This document shows, in pieces, positions 24,229 to 36,700 of a stretch of 64,000 nucleotides of DNA (position 1 is the first letter of the stretch; every line of letters begins with the position of its first letter). Under the pieces are notes generated by a model. The model saw only the letters and a program-made list of their open reading frames with translations. It ran no database searches and was not told the origin of the DNA. The stretch is from Lama glama. Taxonomy: Eukaryota. The stretch spans positions 9,798,001 to 9,862,000 of the forward strand of contig CM052832.1 in assembly GCA_028534125.1 (NCBI GenBank), read 5' to 3'. The translations under genes and the position numbers were made by a program.

Positions 24229-26453
24229 GGACTTCCCTCCGCCTCTCCCCGCCCAGCCTCTGCCTCCGCTCCTGCCGAAACCAACATGCCCAGGGCTCAG
24301 GGTTGCCTCGCATGAAGGGCCTGGAGGTGGGACCAGATGCTTCCCCGCGCTGGCCAGAGTCCCCAAAGATATATATCAACCACTGAGTCTCCTGGTGTCC
24401 GAGCTGGGGACAGAAAAGAGGCGAGAAGGGAGCCACGATGTAAACTGTGAAGGGTCCCGTGATTGCATTTCGCCCCCTCCCGTCACGCCCATTTGTCTCG
24501 TCTGTCGTCTGTGTGGTTTTTTTGGTTGAAATTTGGAAACATTTTGTACCTGTTGATTTTATTTATCAGTTTATTTTTCTATTTATTGTTTTAAATGTAA
24601 TTTAACATATTTATTATTAATATAATTATTTTTAAATTCCAGCTTGGTGGATGATGTCACATTCTTAGGGAGTCTTTTCTGGCATGGTGCTGAGCTGGGA
24701 GTAGGGGAGGTCTGCCAGAGGTGGGGCTTTGTTCTGGGAAGTGTGGTGTGATTGTAGTGTTTGTGACAAGTCACGACCATTTCTTTTTCCCCTCCAAGAA
24801 GCCCTGGCCCAGAACTGAACGTTGCCAGGGATGGTTGCTTGTCAGAGTGACAGGACAGCTAGAGTCCTAGATGCAGAAAGGAGATCTGTAAGGAAAATGG
24901 CCCTCTTGAGATAAAACCCTGACCCTCTGAGGTTGGCCATGGGTGGGATTTTGGGGGGTGGAGGTTACACCAGATTCACCTTCTCTGGAACCCCTCACTG
25001 ATCCTCCCTTCTGCCACCAGGTGGGTCCCATGATTACCACTCTCCTTGAACACCTTGGCCCAAAGGTGGACCCTGGATCCTCCTTCAGCTCAGCCAGCAT
25101 GGCTAGCTCAAAACTAAATGTTCAGAAACAGCAAAAAAAAAAAAAAAAAAAAGGGAAAATGGTGTAATATGTAACTAAATAATCTGGCTTACAAACTGTG
25201 ACTTTTCCAGAGAAGTGCTCCTTGGGAGCAGAATCTTTGGGGCTTCTCTGCCTTATCGCAGGGCTGGGGTGCTACCAGAGCCACCACATCTGCACCTGCT
25301 GAAAGCCAGGGGTATGCACAGAGTCGAGTGCCACCCACCCAGGGCTGTGTTTGTAGAAGCTCCCTTTCCCAGTCCTGAGGCTGCTTTGTTCCTCTTTTCT
25401 CTTACCAGCCTTCCTGCCTCCAAGACTCCATGTCTATCTCAAACCGCTGAATAGTTCATCTCAAGGAACTCCAGTCTGTGATGAGACACTCAGGGTGCTG
25501 GTGAGGAGTGGGACCAGTGCTTGTTTGAGACTTAGGGACAAGCCTTCTTGGCTCTGGTCGTTGTTTGTGCCCCATCTCCCTGCCCTGTGGAATGAGCAGA
25601 ACTGTCTTCACCAAGGAATATTACACCTGACTCCCTGCCCTCCTGGTGTCCAGAACAGCGCTGTCTGGGCCTCAGTTCCGTGTATACCCTCTGCCCTGGG
25701 TGGGGATTGGACCAACCAGCTTCCAGACCCCTCAACCTTAGGTGTCACTCTCAGGAAAACGGACAAGGAGGGCTGGCCACAGAGGATGTGAGAGGCCCTT
25801 CAACCTGGGGCTCAGCATGCAGCTGGCACCAAACCCTTCTCTCCTTTACCTCCTTTTGATCCCCGGAACTGAGCGATCACCCGCAGCAGGCTAGATTTAT
25901 GCATGTCTCCCCACGCTGCAGGGAAGTGCTGTCCTCTCTCTGCTGCCCACCCAGGCAGCCTGCTTCTGCTTTCTCCGTGTCCTCCCAAACTCCCCCTATT
26001 CCGTTTGGCCTCCACAGTTAGGAGCAGTGGGTTCTCCAAACAGGATCACCAAGATAGGCAGGCATGGCCATGCCAGGACCAGGCCCAGGGACCCTGGCCG
26101 TGCTAGTGACTTCCCGCTTACTCGTGGACCCTGACGTGGGGAAGCCAGGAACTTGGCTTGAGTCAGGAGAGCAATAGCTTACTCGGCTGTTATCTGGGCT
26201 CTCTTGAGCATTTGGTTACCCCAAATGGGCCTCATTCAGCCTTTGCACTTGGAAAACGCAGAGCTAGTTGTGAGAAGTAGCCAAGGAGATAATGAGACCA
26301 CTTTGGAAGTAGACAAACCTGGGCAAGCTGTCTTAATCCAATTGTTCTCCAGGAAAAGACAAAAAACAAACAGGTAGTCACAACTCTTCCGCCCCCAACA
26401 CCAACCTCAGGCTTATTGCTGCTCCTCTGCTGAACAACTCGAAGGAGCAGTTC

Positions 26454-26599
26454 ATGTATTCAGTATCTTACAATAACCTATAATGGAAAAGAACAACCAA
26501 AAAAAGAATATATGTATGTATATAACCAAGTCATTTGGCTGTACACTTGAAGCTAACACAATGTTGTAAATTAACTATATTTCAATTAAAAAAAAAAAA
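26454..26599 (+). mobile_element. 5'-truncated L1 3' end with poly(A) tail
   Basis: ..tggctgtacacttgaagctaacacaatgttgtaaattaactatatttcaattaaaa.. resembles a laurasiatherian L1 3' end; AGCAGTTCA flanks both sides (TSD). Confidence 0.7.
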
Positions 26600-29500
26600 G
26601 CAGTTCAACCCTACTCTCAGGGATCGCCAGAGCCTGGTCAGACCTGGGGGGGCTCCCCCAGAGCAAGTTGTAATCCTTCAGGCTGCATATTTGTGGGGCA
26701 CTGGGTTGGGGTCCAGGATATGTCCCAGGAATTGGCTCCCAACCCAGTGTGGCTGCCAACCTTCCCTGTCCCTTCCCCAGGTCATTGCCTCTAACCCATG
26801 AGGTCTACTGCAGGAATTTTCCTCCGTTGGCGAGGGTGGGGTGTGAGTGGATGGCTTTCCTGGCGGGAAGGGGTGGGCAGGAGTGATGCCCAAGGGGGAG
26901 ACCATGGCTCCTGTGTTTGAGCCTGCCCTGCCAATGTCGGGGTGTGGTGTGCAGATGGAATCCGTTTCCAGCGCCATCATCATCCAACGATCATCACCTA
27001 TGGGGTGAATGTTTGCTGAGTGCTCAGTTCTCTTCTTTAGAAACAGGCCCTTCCCACCCCCTGGGCTGCCCTCAGGAAAGGACAGGAGCCAGCATCCTGT
27101 CCAGGAGTGACATTTCAGGTCAGACCAGGAGGGGCCCTCCCGAGCCCACCCCTGGGTAATAATAATAATAGCACTTTGCAAGAGTATAAACACAGGCGGC
27201 TTTCCACAGGGCCTGATGGACCATTTATCTCTCTCGGCTCACTGGGCGGGATTGTTATCACCACAGTGCAGAGGAGGAAGCAGGCCAAGAGGTGAAGGGA
27301 CTTGCCTCAGGCCATGAAGTTAATTAGTGGCTTGAGCTGGGGCTGCCTGCCAGTCGTGTGTCTTTCCGAGTCACAGCTCCCAACCTGGCCCCAAGGGGCT
27401 TTGTTCCCTCGGGTGGGCTTTGGGGATAACATGTTGGGTGCCGCTCCATGTAGAAGTGGGCCGGGTGTCGGCAGGGGCTGCATTCCAGTGTTCCCCCTCA
27501 GGAATCCTTCTGAATTCCAAGCCGGGGCCTTGCCTGGTTAATGACAAGGTGAACCTGCTTTCCCCTGGGGTCTGCCCGACGCCCACCCACCAACCCTGTC
27601 CCTCTGCTCTTTGGGTGCCTTGGAATGGCTCCCCTCCCATGGGTGGGTATGCAGGGGGAGGCCTGACCTCGCCTGCCCCCGCCGCCCTCTCCTCCAGGCA
27701 CCTCTGCCCCCCAGGAGGTGTCAGGTTGGGCCAGAACCTCCCTTCAAGGGGAGTCATACACACAGGTAGAGGGGGTTTTATAATTAGGGTCCCCCTGGAA
27801 CTCCAGAAGGCTATGGAAGGCTGAGGCAAGGGTGAAAGGGGCTGTGTGGGCCCCCTGGGCTCTGTGCTTACGGAATCACAGAGTCCAGGATGGAATCTCA
27901 TAGGTCAACTGAGCTGGGACCCATCTAGGGATCCCTTTGACAGGATTCCTGGAGAGGCTTCTCAGGTTTCTGCTCACACACGTCCTGGATGGGGAGCTCA
28001 TTATCTCACAAGTGCTCCCTCCACTCGAGTCTTTTATGATGTCCCTAATACTGTCCCTTGTTAGGTCCTCATTCTGCTCACGGACCCACACATGACTAAG
28101 TCTAGCCTCTCTGCCAAGGGAGCTGAACTTCGAAACTTGGCATCATCACTTACTAACAACTTGACCTCTTCATGCTTCAGTTTCCTCCTCCGTGACACGG
28201 GGTTAAGAACAGTCCCTCCGCCATGAAATTGTTGTGAGGAGCAAATAAGAGGATGTCTTCCCAGCAGGAGCTGTGGCAGTGAGCCCATATAAGTGCACAG
28301 TAAACGGCAAGTATTTTCACCTGAACATGGTCCTTCCTGCATATCGAGAAAGGTATCCTCCCCTCTGTCCAGCCCTCTGTGCTCTGTGCTCTGTGTTTGA
28401 CTCAGAATTGACCAGGCCTGATCCTCACCTTCCTTCAGCCCAATGCCATCCTTGTTCAAGACATTACACTTCTGCCCGAGTTAGCATTCACGTGACTGGC
28501 CCTTCTTGCTCCTGGGGCCTTAGAGCTGGCCGACACCAGCCAGTAACTTCCACAGTGTTCCTAGCCCCTTAGTGGCCACTTGATATTAGAGTTCTTGGTT
28601 TGTTAAATCAAATTCCAAGCTGTCCATTCATTCAGCTGACATTTCTTATTGTTTATCTGGGTCTGTCCTGGAGTTTAGAGGCCCCAGCTCTCGCTGTGAA
28701 CCTGGAGGTGATGGGAGAGCAGAGATGGGGGCAGGGAGGGGGTTCCCGTGGGTCACAAGAGTTTGCTGTGGCATGTGGGGTTCTCAGCCTAGCTCTCCTT
28801 TTGCCTGCTCTGCCTGCCCACGTTGGTAGGAAGCCTTCCGACCACCTGCCTCACTCACCAGCTGAACCCTCCTCTTGGCCTCTCTGGGCTGTTTCTCTGG
28901 GGATGCACATTCCTGTCCCAGGGCCCAGTAGATGCCTGTGGAGAGGGGCTGGGGGGAGGTCTGGTGAGGGAGAGCATCACTCGTGCTCCAGGTGTACGCC
29001 GTCATTATGCTTATTCTCAAGGGATTGTTAATATAATGACTGAGCTAATGAGCAGTGTGGGGGGGGTTGGGGGGCACCTTAACCCCACCCAGTGCCTGCT
29101 GATTGACAGGGGTGTTTCCTCAGCCGTCTCTCCTCCTTCCTGTCAGCCCCTTTAGTTGGGGGGGCCTGGTCCCTTGGGGGTCCCATGGCCTCCCTCCATC
29201 TTCCCCTTTGTAGCCTGGCCTGGTTCCCCTCTGGGTGTGAAGATTCTAGAAAGAGTTGGATGGGACAAAATGTGGGGGTGACGAGATGGGGAACTGGGGA
29301 CTCTGACTCTGGGAAGAGGAATGTAAAAGCAATGAAACCTCTAATCCTGACTGCATGTTGTCTGGGCTGGGGAGAGCCGGGCAGTCTGTGGAGCACTTGA
29401 GAGGAGATGTGAACAGAGCTGGAAGGAGTGGCTGGAGGGCATCGGGCATTGGGATGGGTTGGGGTGGGGATGTTTCTAGGTGTTCTTTGAGTTGCCTTGC

Positions 29501-30254
29501 CTCTCTGGCCCAGACAGGCTTGTGGTGGCCTCTTTCCTTACTAGCTCCTTTCCGCCTGGGATGAAAGGGCCTAAGGAATCTATCAATGTATTGCTATATC
29601 AGGGTTGGGGTTGGGTGGGACCATGCACAGTCATACAAATATGGTGGCCTTGATTTCCCAAGCCTTCACTGGACACAAAGGCGGGTCCAGGCTTCAAAAT
29701 CTGGGTCATGGGGGCTGAGTCCTGACAAAGTCCCATCTCCCCAAAGCTCACTGTCTAGTTGGAGAAGTGAGGTTCACACAAGACAGGATGATAGAACACA
29801 TACCTCTGTCATTTGAAAGCTGTGTGACCTCAGGCAGATCACTCAGCCTCTCTGAACCTGTTTCCTTATTTATTAAGGGAAACAAATAACATTTACCCCA
29901 CAATGCCATTGTATGTTAAATAAGAAAATGCACAGGAAGTGCTCAGTGGGTGCTTGACACAGGCCCAAGCTTCATTCTACTATGGTTGTCATAGCAACAG
30001 CCAGATGATGTGGGGAGGCCGGCTGAAAGTGGACCATGGTGGGGAGGAAGGGGAAGTGTGAACCCTAGCAATTAAACTGGGGGCTTGGGGTCTGGGGGAG
30101 AGGAGTGGGTGGGGCAGGAACGAGATGGTCAGGGAAGGGGGAGGCAGAGGCGACTACACTTAGTAGGCTGTGGAAAAGCCAGCCATGGGCCTGCATGTGA
30201 TGGGAGGGGGCTGCTGTGGGGCTCGGATCAGACCAGGTGTGGGCATTCACCTGG

Positions 30255-31140
30255 CCACTCACTCAACAAATATTTGAGTGCCTGTTATGTGCCAGGCACG
30301 GTGACGGGTGGGGACACAGCAGTCATCAGGACGAATAGGATCTGCCCTCATGAACTTACATTCTCCGGAGGGTGAGATGATTAACCAGCTAATTAATTAA
30401 ATGAACAAGTTAGTTCTGTTTTGAAGCTTGGAAGAAACTGCAGAAGGCGCAATGTGATTGAGTGGCAGGAATGGGCCACAGGTCAGGGAAGACCTTATTG
30501 GGGAGGTGACAGTGGAGCAGAGGTTTGAGCAGCACGAAGGCTAAGTGAACAGCTAAGGAAAGGAAGGCACAGACAAAGGGAACAGCAAAGGGGAAGGCCC
30601 TGTAAGGTTCAGGAAAAGTGACAAGGAGCAAGGAGGCTGGTGCAGCTGGAGGCGGGGAAGGGGAGAGGGCTGGGGAAGAGGATACAGGGGGAGGATCTGG
30701 GGTACAGAGATCCTGTGTGCCAGGGGAGGCCACTGGATTAGCTGTTGGAGGCTTGGGAGCAGAGGAGACTTGATCTGAGTTCTAATGGGATGGCTCTGGC
30801 TGCTGTGTGGAGATAGGGGGCCAGGAGGCGGGTGGAAAGGGTAGAAGTGGGGAGACTTACAAGGGGGCTGTTGAGGTAATCTAGGGGAGAAATGACAGTG
30901 GCTTGGAGCCCATTGGTGGCAGGAGAAAAAGAGAGAGGAGAACAGATGTGGGATACATTCTTGGAGGTAGACCCAAGGGCATTGGCCAGGGAAATGGTGG
31001 GGTGGCGAGGGGTAGGAAAGGGTCAGGAGGGATTAAGGAGGGCTCTGAGGTTTGGGGCCTGCTCCTTGTCCAGGCCCTGCAGGTAGGGATGCCTTTTACT
31101 GAATGAGAAAGGAATGTGGTGGGAGGGGGGACAAATTTCA
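30255..31140. mobile_element. Ancient L2 LINE fragment
   Basis: Begins cactcaacaaatatttgagtgcctgttatgtgccaggcac, followed by the purine-rich body typical of L2; boundaries approximate. Confidence 0.55.
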
Positions 31141-31289
31141 GCAGAGGCCTGAGAGAATGCCCCTTGACACAGTGACCCATCCCTGGAGCTGGAGGTTAAA
31201 GAACAGGGTCCTCTGGGCACTGTGACTCAGAGCTGAGGCTCCACCAGCGCACGGCCGGGCCAGGCCTCGCAGAGGCCCACCTTGCTCCT

Positions 31290-31515
31290 CCTGTGCCTGC
31301 TGGACCTGCGACCGGGGTGACCTGGAAGCTGAACCCCCGTCCCACCCCGGGGACTTTGGTAGGTGAGACGGCAGTGATGCAACTGCGAAGGGGTGCTTCT
31401 ATCCAGAGCGGGCTTGGGGGAGCTCAGTACAGAGAGTATGACCCATATAGGCAGAGAGTGACTGGAGGACAAGCCACTGGCGGCTTGGGCCAGTGCTGAG
31501 CAGTGGTGACACCTT
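31290..31515 (+). pseudogene. Possible highly eroded pepsinogen exon 6/7 remnants (third paralogue)
   Basis: TGA ACC CCC GTC-(5 codons)-TGG TAG GTG has the same spacing as PGC exon 6 WTPV-x5-WQI. About 90 nt later, TGGQATG..C*AVV(D)T resembles exon 7 [19 protein letters not shown]. Confidence 0.35.
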
Positions 31516-33792
31516 CTCCTATAAGGGCACAAAGCTAAGTCCCTCAGAAATCCTCTTGGAGCCTCAGGATCATGGTCTCAGCTTCCTAGAATCTGAGTGG
31601 GGTGTGCCTGGACTTGGCAGGAAGCTGGACCAAGTTCAGCCAGATCCCTTCCAGACCCCTACGGAATCTGGGAAAGGGGATGTTTAGCCAGGAGAGGAAT
31701 AGGGGTGGCTTTGGTGAGTGTCCAGGCCTCTGGGTCCTTTCTCCCCTCCATCACTGCTGGTGCATGAGGACCCCTTGAGGTTTGGGGCCTCCTTTCCTGC
31801 TCCAGGCCTTGGTTTGCCTGAACAGGAGCCAAGTCCTCCAGATGCCAGGATGTGGGGGAGAGTTGGGGTGTCTGTCAGTACCTGCCAAGAGGGGTCCCTC
31901 CAAAGGCCACCTGTCCCTAGCTCTCTGGCCTGGATCCCTGGCCCCCACCTTGCCCCTAGGTGTCCCACTGGAGGATCCCTGAGCAGAAGGAAAGTCCTGG
32001 CAGGCTCTGCACTGGCCCTCACAGGCCCACCTTTCCAGACCCCAAACTAGGTGGGCCAGGATCTGGGCTGGGGCCAGCCCTGGCTCCACGGCCCTGGGAC
32101 CAAAATCACCTGTCTATCTGAGGCCTGATTAGGGGCCATGGGGTGGGAGAGGTGACAGAGCTTCCTGAACCCATTATCAGTGTTTGGTTTGGGACTTCTG
32201 GAGCAGGCCCTGTTCCTGCTGCTTATCTAGCCCCAATGATTAGATTCTCTGGCCTTTGATATGCCTCAGTCTGGGACACAGGACTCCCCTCCCTGCCACC
32301 CAATCCCCAAACCCCAGCACTCCCCACCCAAGGAGACCTGGTCTGTGGCCAAGTCCAGCTCCGTCCAATTAACACCTCCCTACAGCCTGTCTGCCCTCCC
32401 CCGGCCTCGCAGGGTCTCAGGAGGACACGGGGCACAGGAGCACAGGTTCCTGGCCCCTCTGGACAGGCCTGGGGACTTAAAGGAGAGACAGGTCAAGAAC
32501 ATTAGGGAGTATCTGGAAGTATCCAGCCCCCACTGCCAGGTGGGCCATTCTCTCGGGGGGAGAAACTGAGGGAGGCGGTGCAGATGCACAAGGTGACCCC
32601 ATGAACAGGGCAGTTGGGACTGGCCTGAGGTTGATTGTCTTGTGCTGAAGTCAAACCACTTGTCCTCATTTCCACCTTGGGAAATGCAGTCACACAGAGG
32701 GGCTTTCCCTGGTCCAGACACTGTGCTGAGAGGGGTCCTGGGCAGCTAATCTCTTGGCAGAGGCTTAGAGGGGACAGCACCAGTGATGAGGGGAAGCCAG
32801 GAGGAGGGCAGGGAGGAGGAGGAGGGAGGAAGAGGAGAGCAGAGAACCATGTGGAGGAAGAGGGAGGAGGGGAAAAGGGAGGAGGGGAAAAGGAAGGGGA
32901 GGAGAAGGTATGGGATGGAGGCGGAGCATGGGAGGTCTTCCTGTCGCCCAGCTTGGAAGAAAGTGTGTCGGGACAGGTGGAGACAAACGGCTGTGTCTGT
33001 CAGGGAGCAGGAGCTGGTGTGCAGCCCAGGGCTGGATGTGAGCACATGGACATGCAAGCGCATCCCCGCATGTGTATGTGTGTTTCTGAGTATACATTCT
33101 GGACAGTGTGAGCGAGGGGCCCTTTCAGCATTTTGCATCACACGTGCGCACACACATACACACACACACACATGCAAAGCCCTGCATAGCCATGTTGTCA
33201 AAACTCTGCACTCTGATTTATTCTATTCTAGTTAGTAGCATTTTAAAAAGAACCCTCTTCAGGACCTATCAGATTGACTTCACCATCAACTGCTGGGATG
33301 AGACCCCTGGTTTGAAAGGCACTTTGCATGAGGGGGTCTGCACATGGAGAGACTGGGCACAGGGCATCATGTAGGGAGTGGGGGAACTGAAATCACAGTG
33401 GGAGGCTCTGAAGTTATCCTCATCTCCTGGCAGCCCCTTGCCCTTTCATAGGCATCCCACACAAGGACATTTGGGAGACTCCGTGTCTTCTTGTACAAGT
33501 GTAGTCACGCACTGGGCTCCCAAACCCCACCTGGCTCGCTTGTGCTAAGGGTCTCACACTTTGCCGCCTTGTAGCCTTTCCCCTGAAAGCTCTCCCAGCC
33601 TCCCTGCCCTAAGCAATTCAGTTCAGACCCTGTCCCAGCCCACACGCCCCAGTCTCCTGCCCCAGTCAGAGACTGGGATAAACCTTTGTCCTCAGGGAGC
33701 CCCAGTCTGAGGGGAGACACAGCTCTGTCCCCAGGGAATCCCAGTCTGAGGGAGGAGATATAACCCTGCCCTCAGCTGTAGTCAGAGGGGAG

Positions 33793-36700
33793 GTACCTTA
33801 AAGATTCAAGACAATTGGGAAGTCATGTATAAGAGTCCAAGCCAGGCCCTCAGGGAGCTGTTGGAGGTTGGAGCCAAGAGGCTATGTGTCCCTGGGGGCC
33901 TGAGGCCCAGCATTCTCAATGACAGAGTCTCCCTTGTGGACGTATTTCTATGGAGACATCAGCATGAGGACCCCCTTCAGAATTTCATGATCCTCTTTGA
34001 CACGGGTTCCACCAACCTGTGGGCGTCCTTATTTCCGGTGAAAGTCCAGACTGTCCTGAGTGTCACAGGGCAGTCACAGGGGTTCCCTGCAGGGACTAGA
34101 AAGGGTGATGTGGAAGTGAGAAGAGAGGGAGGGAGCGGAGCCCTGATCTCCAGTCCTTGCTCCCGACGGTCAAGCACACACTCTTCCAGCCCGAGCAGCC
34201 CTCTACGGACTAACTCTTTGCTGAGGCCACTGCTTCTGTTGCTGTACAGGACCTGCATTGTCACCAGGGTCCTGGGCTTCCACACGGTGACATCAGATAA
34301 CTGGCGGTGGCCAGGGCAGGGGTGAGCTGGGAGTCTAGCCTCCTTCCTGCTGAGGGAAGCTGCAGGACTAAGGCCTCTGGAGGGCCATCCCCAGGGACAT
34401 TCTCCTCCTGTATCCAGGCAGATCCAGGGCTTGGCCATCACGAACCATGGGTTTGGCCTGAGCCAAATGTGGCGGGAAACCACTTCTAAAGCATCCAGTT
34501 TGATGGGATAAAGGGCCTGGCCTCCTCTTCCTTCTCTGCAGTGGGGCTGCCACAGGCATGAATGGCTTTTTAAAATGGAGCCTGATTCCAGAGCCCACGA
34601 TTAGTTTCTGTCTCACCAGGCGAGACACCCCTGCTACTTGGAAGCTGCCTCCTCTGCTCTTCAAATGACTGACCATTATGGACAGGAGCTTGTGGCCATC
34701 TGGCTAGAAGCCTCACCCTGAGCCAGGGGCTGTGGGGGAACAAGAGGAACAGGAGGCTGGCAAAGAGGAACAGGCCTGAGGGGTCAGCTCAGAAACTGGG
34801 GTCTAGTCACCCTGCAGCTGCCTCCTCCAGAGTCTGATGGTGTCTCTGGTCTGCACCAGACAAGATGACATTACCACGGGAGAAGTCACCTTTCAGGGTA
34901 AGAACAGCCAGCTGTCCACAGGCGAGGTCTCCTGGAGCCCTGTGGTTGCCCAGGTTACTGGAGATCACCTTCCAAGGGTAGGGAGATTCAAATCCCATTT
35001 CCCCCACCAAGGGAGGGGGCCTGGGGGGCTTCCTTTTGGAAAAATACAGGGCTTTTCCCAGTCCAGGGCAGACCTGGGAACTGACCTGGGCTTAGAGGGC
35101 TAAGAGGGAGAGTCTGCATGAAGGCTGAAGGGGGAGGGATGGCATGACCTCTGACCTCTAATGGCTCCTCCTGTAGGTTGTCTGTAGGGAACGAGGTCAC
35201 TGATTGGTGCTCCCCGGGCTGCGTGGCTGTCATGGACACAGGCATCTCCCTCATCATTGTCCCTGAGAAGATTCTAGGTCAGCTGACATAGCTCATCAGG
35301 GTCTTAGGTGTAACAGCTGAGGAGAGAGAGGCAACCCCCAGTCCCCCAATCCACTGTCACTGGGAAGTCAAAGGACACTGACCTGAGGGGCTTCTTCCAA
35401 GTTCCCTGAGGGTTTGTACGTCATTTCCCTGCCAGCTGCTTAATCTCCCTGCCCTGCCCCCTCACCTTCAAAAGCTCCCCCAGCAACAGCCCTTTCCTCA
35501 TATTTCTGCCCTACTTGCTTGGACTCCATCTTGGTGCCTTCACTGGGGCATTTATCGGGGCTGGGGAAATACCTGCCGTGGCGGGGAAGAGGAGGGTTGG
35601 AAGGTTGGAGGACAAGGCGGGGAAGGATTTGAATGCAGGGTGGATTTCTGGATTGTGGGACTAGCCACCTCTGCTCCTGGAGCCCTGGGGGAGCAGATTC
35701 TGACCACCCGTCTCCGCCTTCCTCATGATTTCTTCAGTTTGTCACCAACCGCAGCAGTGGCCAGAGCCTGCCCACTGTTACCTGCACCATCAAAGGCATC
35801 CACTTCCCCGACTCGGCCCTCAGTACCTCATCTCTGTGATTCTCCCCATCTCCCTCCCCCTTCTCAGTACCTGGCCTTGGGGGAAAGCCCCAGGGGGCCA
35901 GGTGGGAAGGGAGCCCATTTGTAGCCCATAGAGTTCTGGGACATCAGATTTGCATAAGATCTTAGCTGTAATACCAGGAACCTCTTCCACAAGAGTAATA
36001 CCAGTTACCACCATTTATCCAGAGCTTTCTGAGATGCAGAATGTGTAGTGGTTGAGGTCCCGTCCATCTGCATTGGGATCTTTGTTCTATCACTTCTGAG
36101 CTTTGTGACCTTGGGCAAGTCATTTAGCTTCTCTGAGCCTCTATTTCCTTATCTGTAAAATAAAGACGATACAGTGTTTATCTCATAAGCTCCTGGTGAG
36201 ATTAAATATACTGGTGGATGTAAAGCCATTAGAGCAGGGCTAGGCTCAGGTTGAGCACCCTGTAAGTGCTGGTGGCTGTTCCTGGTTCAGGCGCAGAGCC
36301 AAGGGTCTGTGTACATTAGTTCTTCAAGCTCTCATGATAGTCCTAGAAATGAGTGCCACCATCATTCCCACAGGTGGTCACTCAGCCCCTTCTTAAACCC
36401 GAGACTTGGCACTTAAAACGTGTGGGCTGTCTCCATTCCACTGGCCCAAGAAGTAGGGTGGACAGTGGGTCCTCTTTAGATTACTCAAACCTCCAAATGT
36501 TGTGGGCTGGGCCCCCCTTCTCTCCCAGTCTTCGAACTTGCTCCTAATTAATAAATATACATTGAGTATCCTCTGTGTCTCCACTGAGGGGGGCACAAAG
36601 ATGGGAGGAGACACCACCCTGCTTTCTGAACACCCGTGATTAATTGCTTATGTATGAAATGACAGCTAAAAGTGCAAGATGTGCTCGATGCCATAGAGAT

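Noticed and set aside
29625..29720. Possible pepsinogen exon 3 remnant (cag|TCATACAAATATGGT..GACACA..AATCTGGG)
   Set aside because: Motif spacing does not fit exon 3 and is indistinguishable from chance.
33360..33440. Possible exon 1 of the pepsinogen pseudogene (gcatcATGTAGGGAGTG resembles PGC gcatcATGAAGTGGATG); also TATA-like ggggacttaaaggag at ~32471
   Set aside because: Similarity too short, with no signal-peptide-like continuation or matching donor; exon 1 left unassigned.
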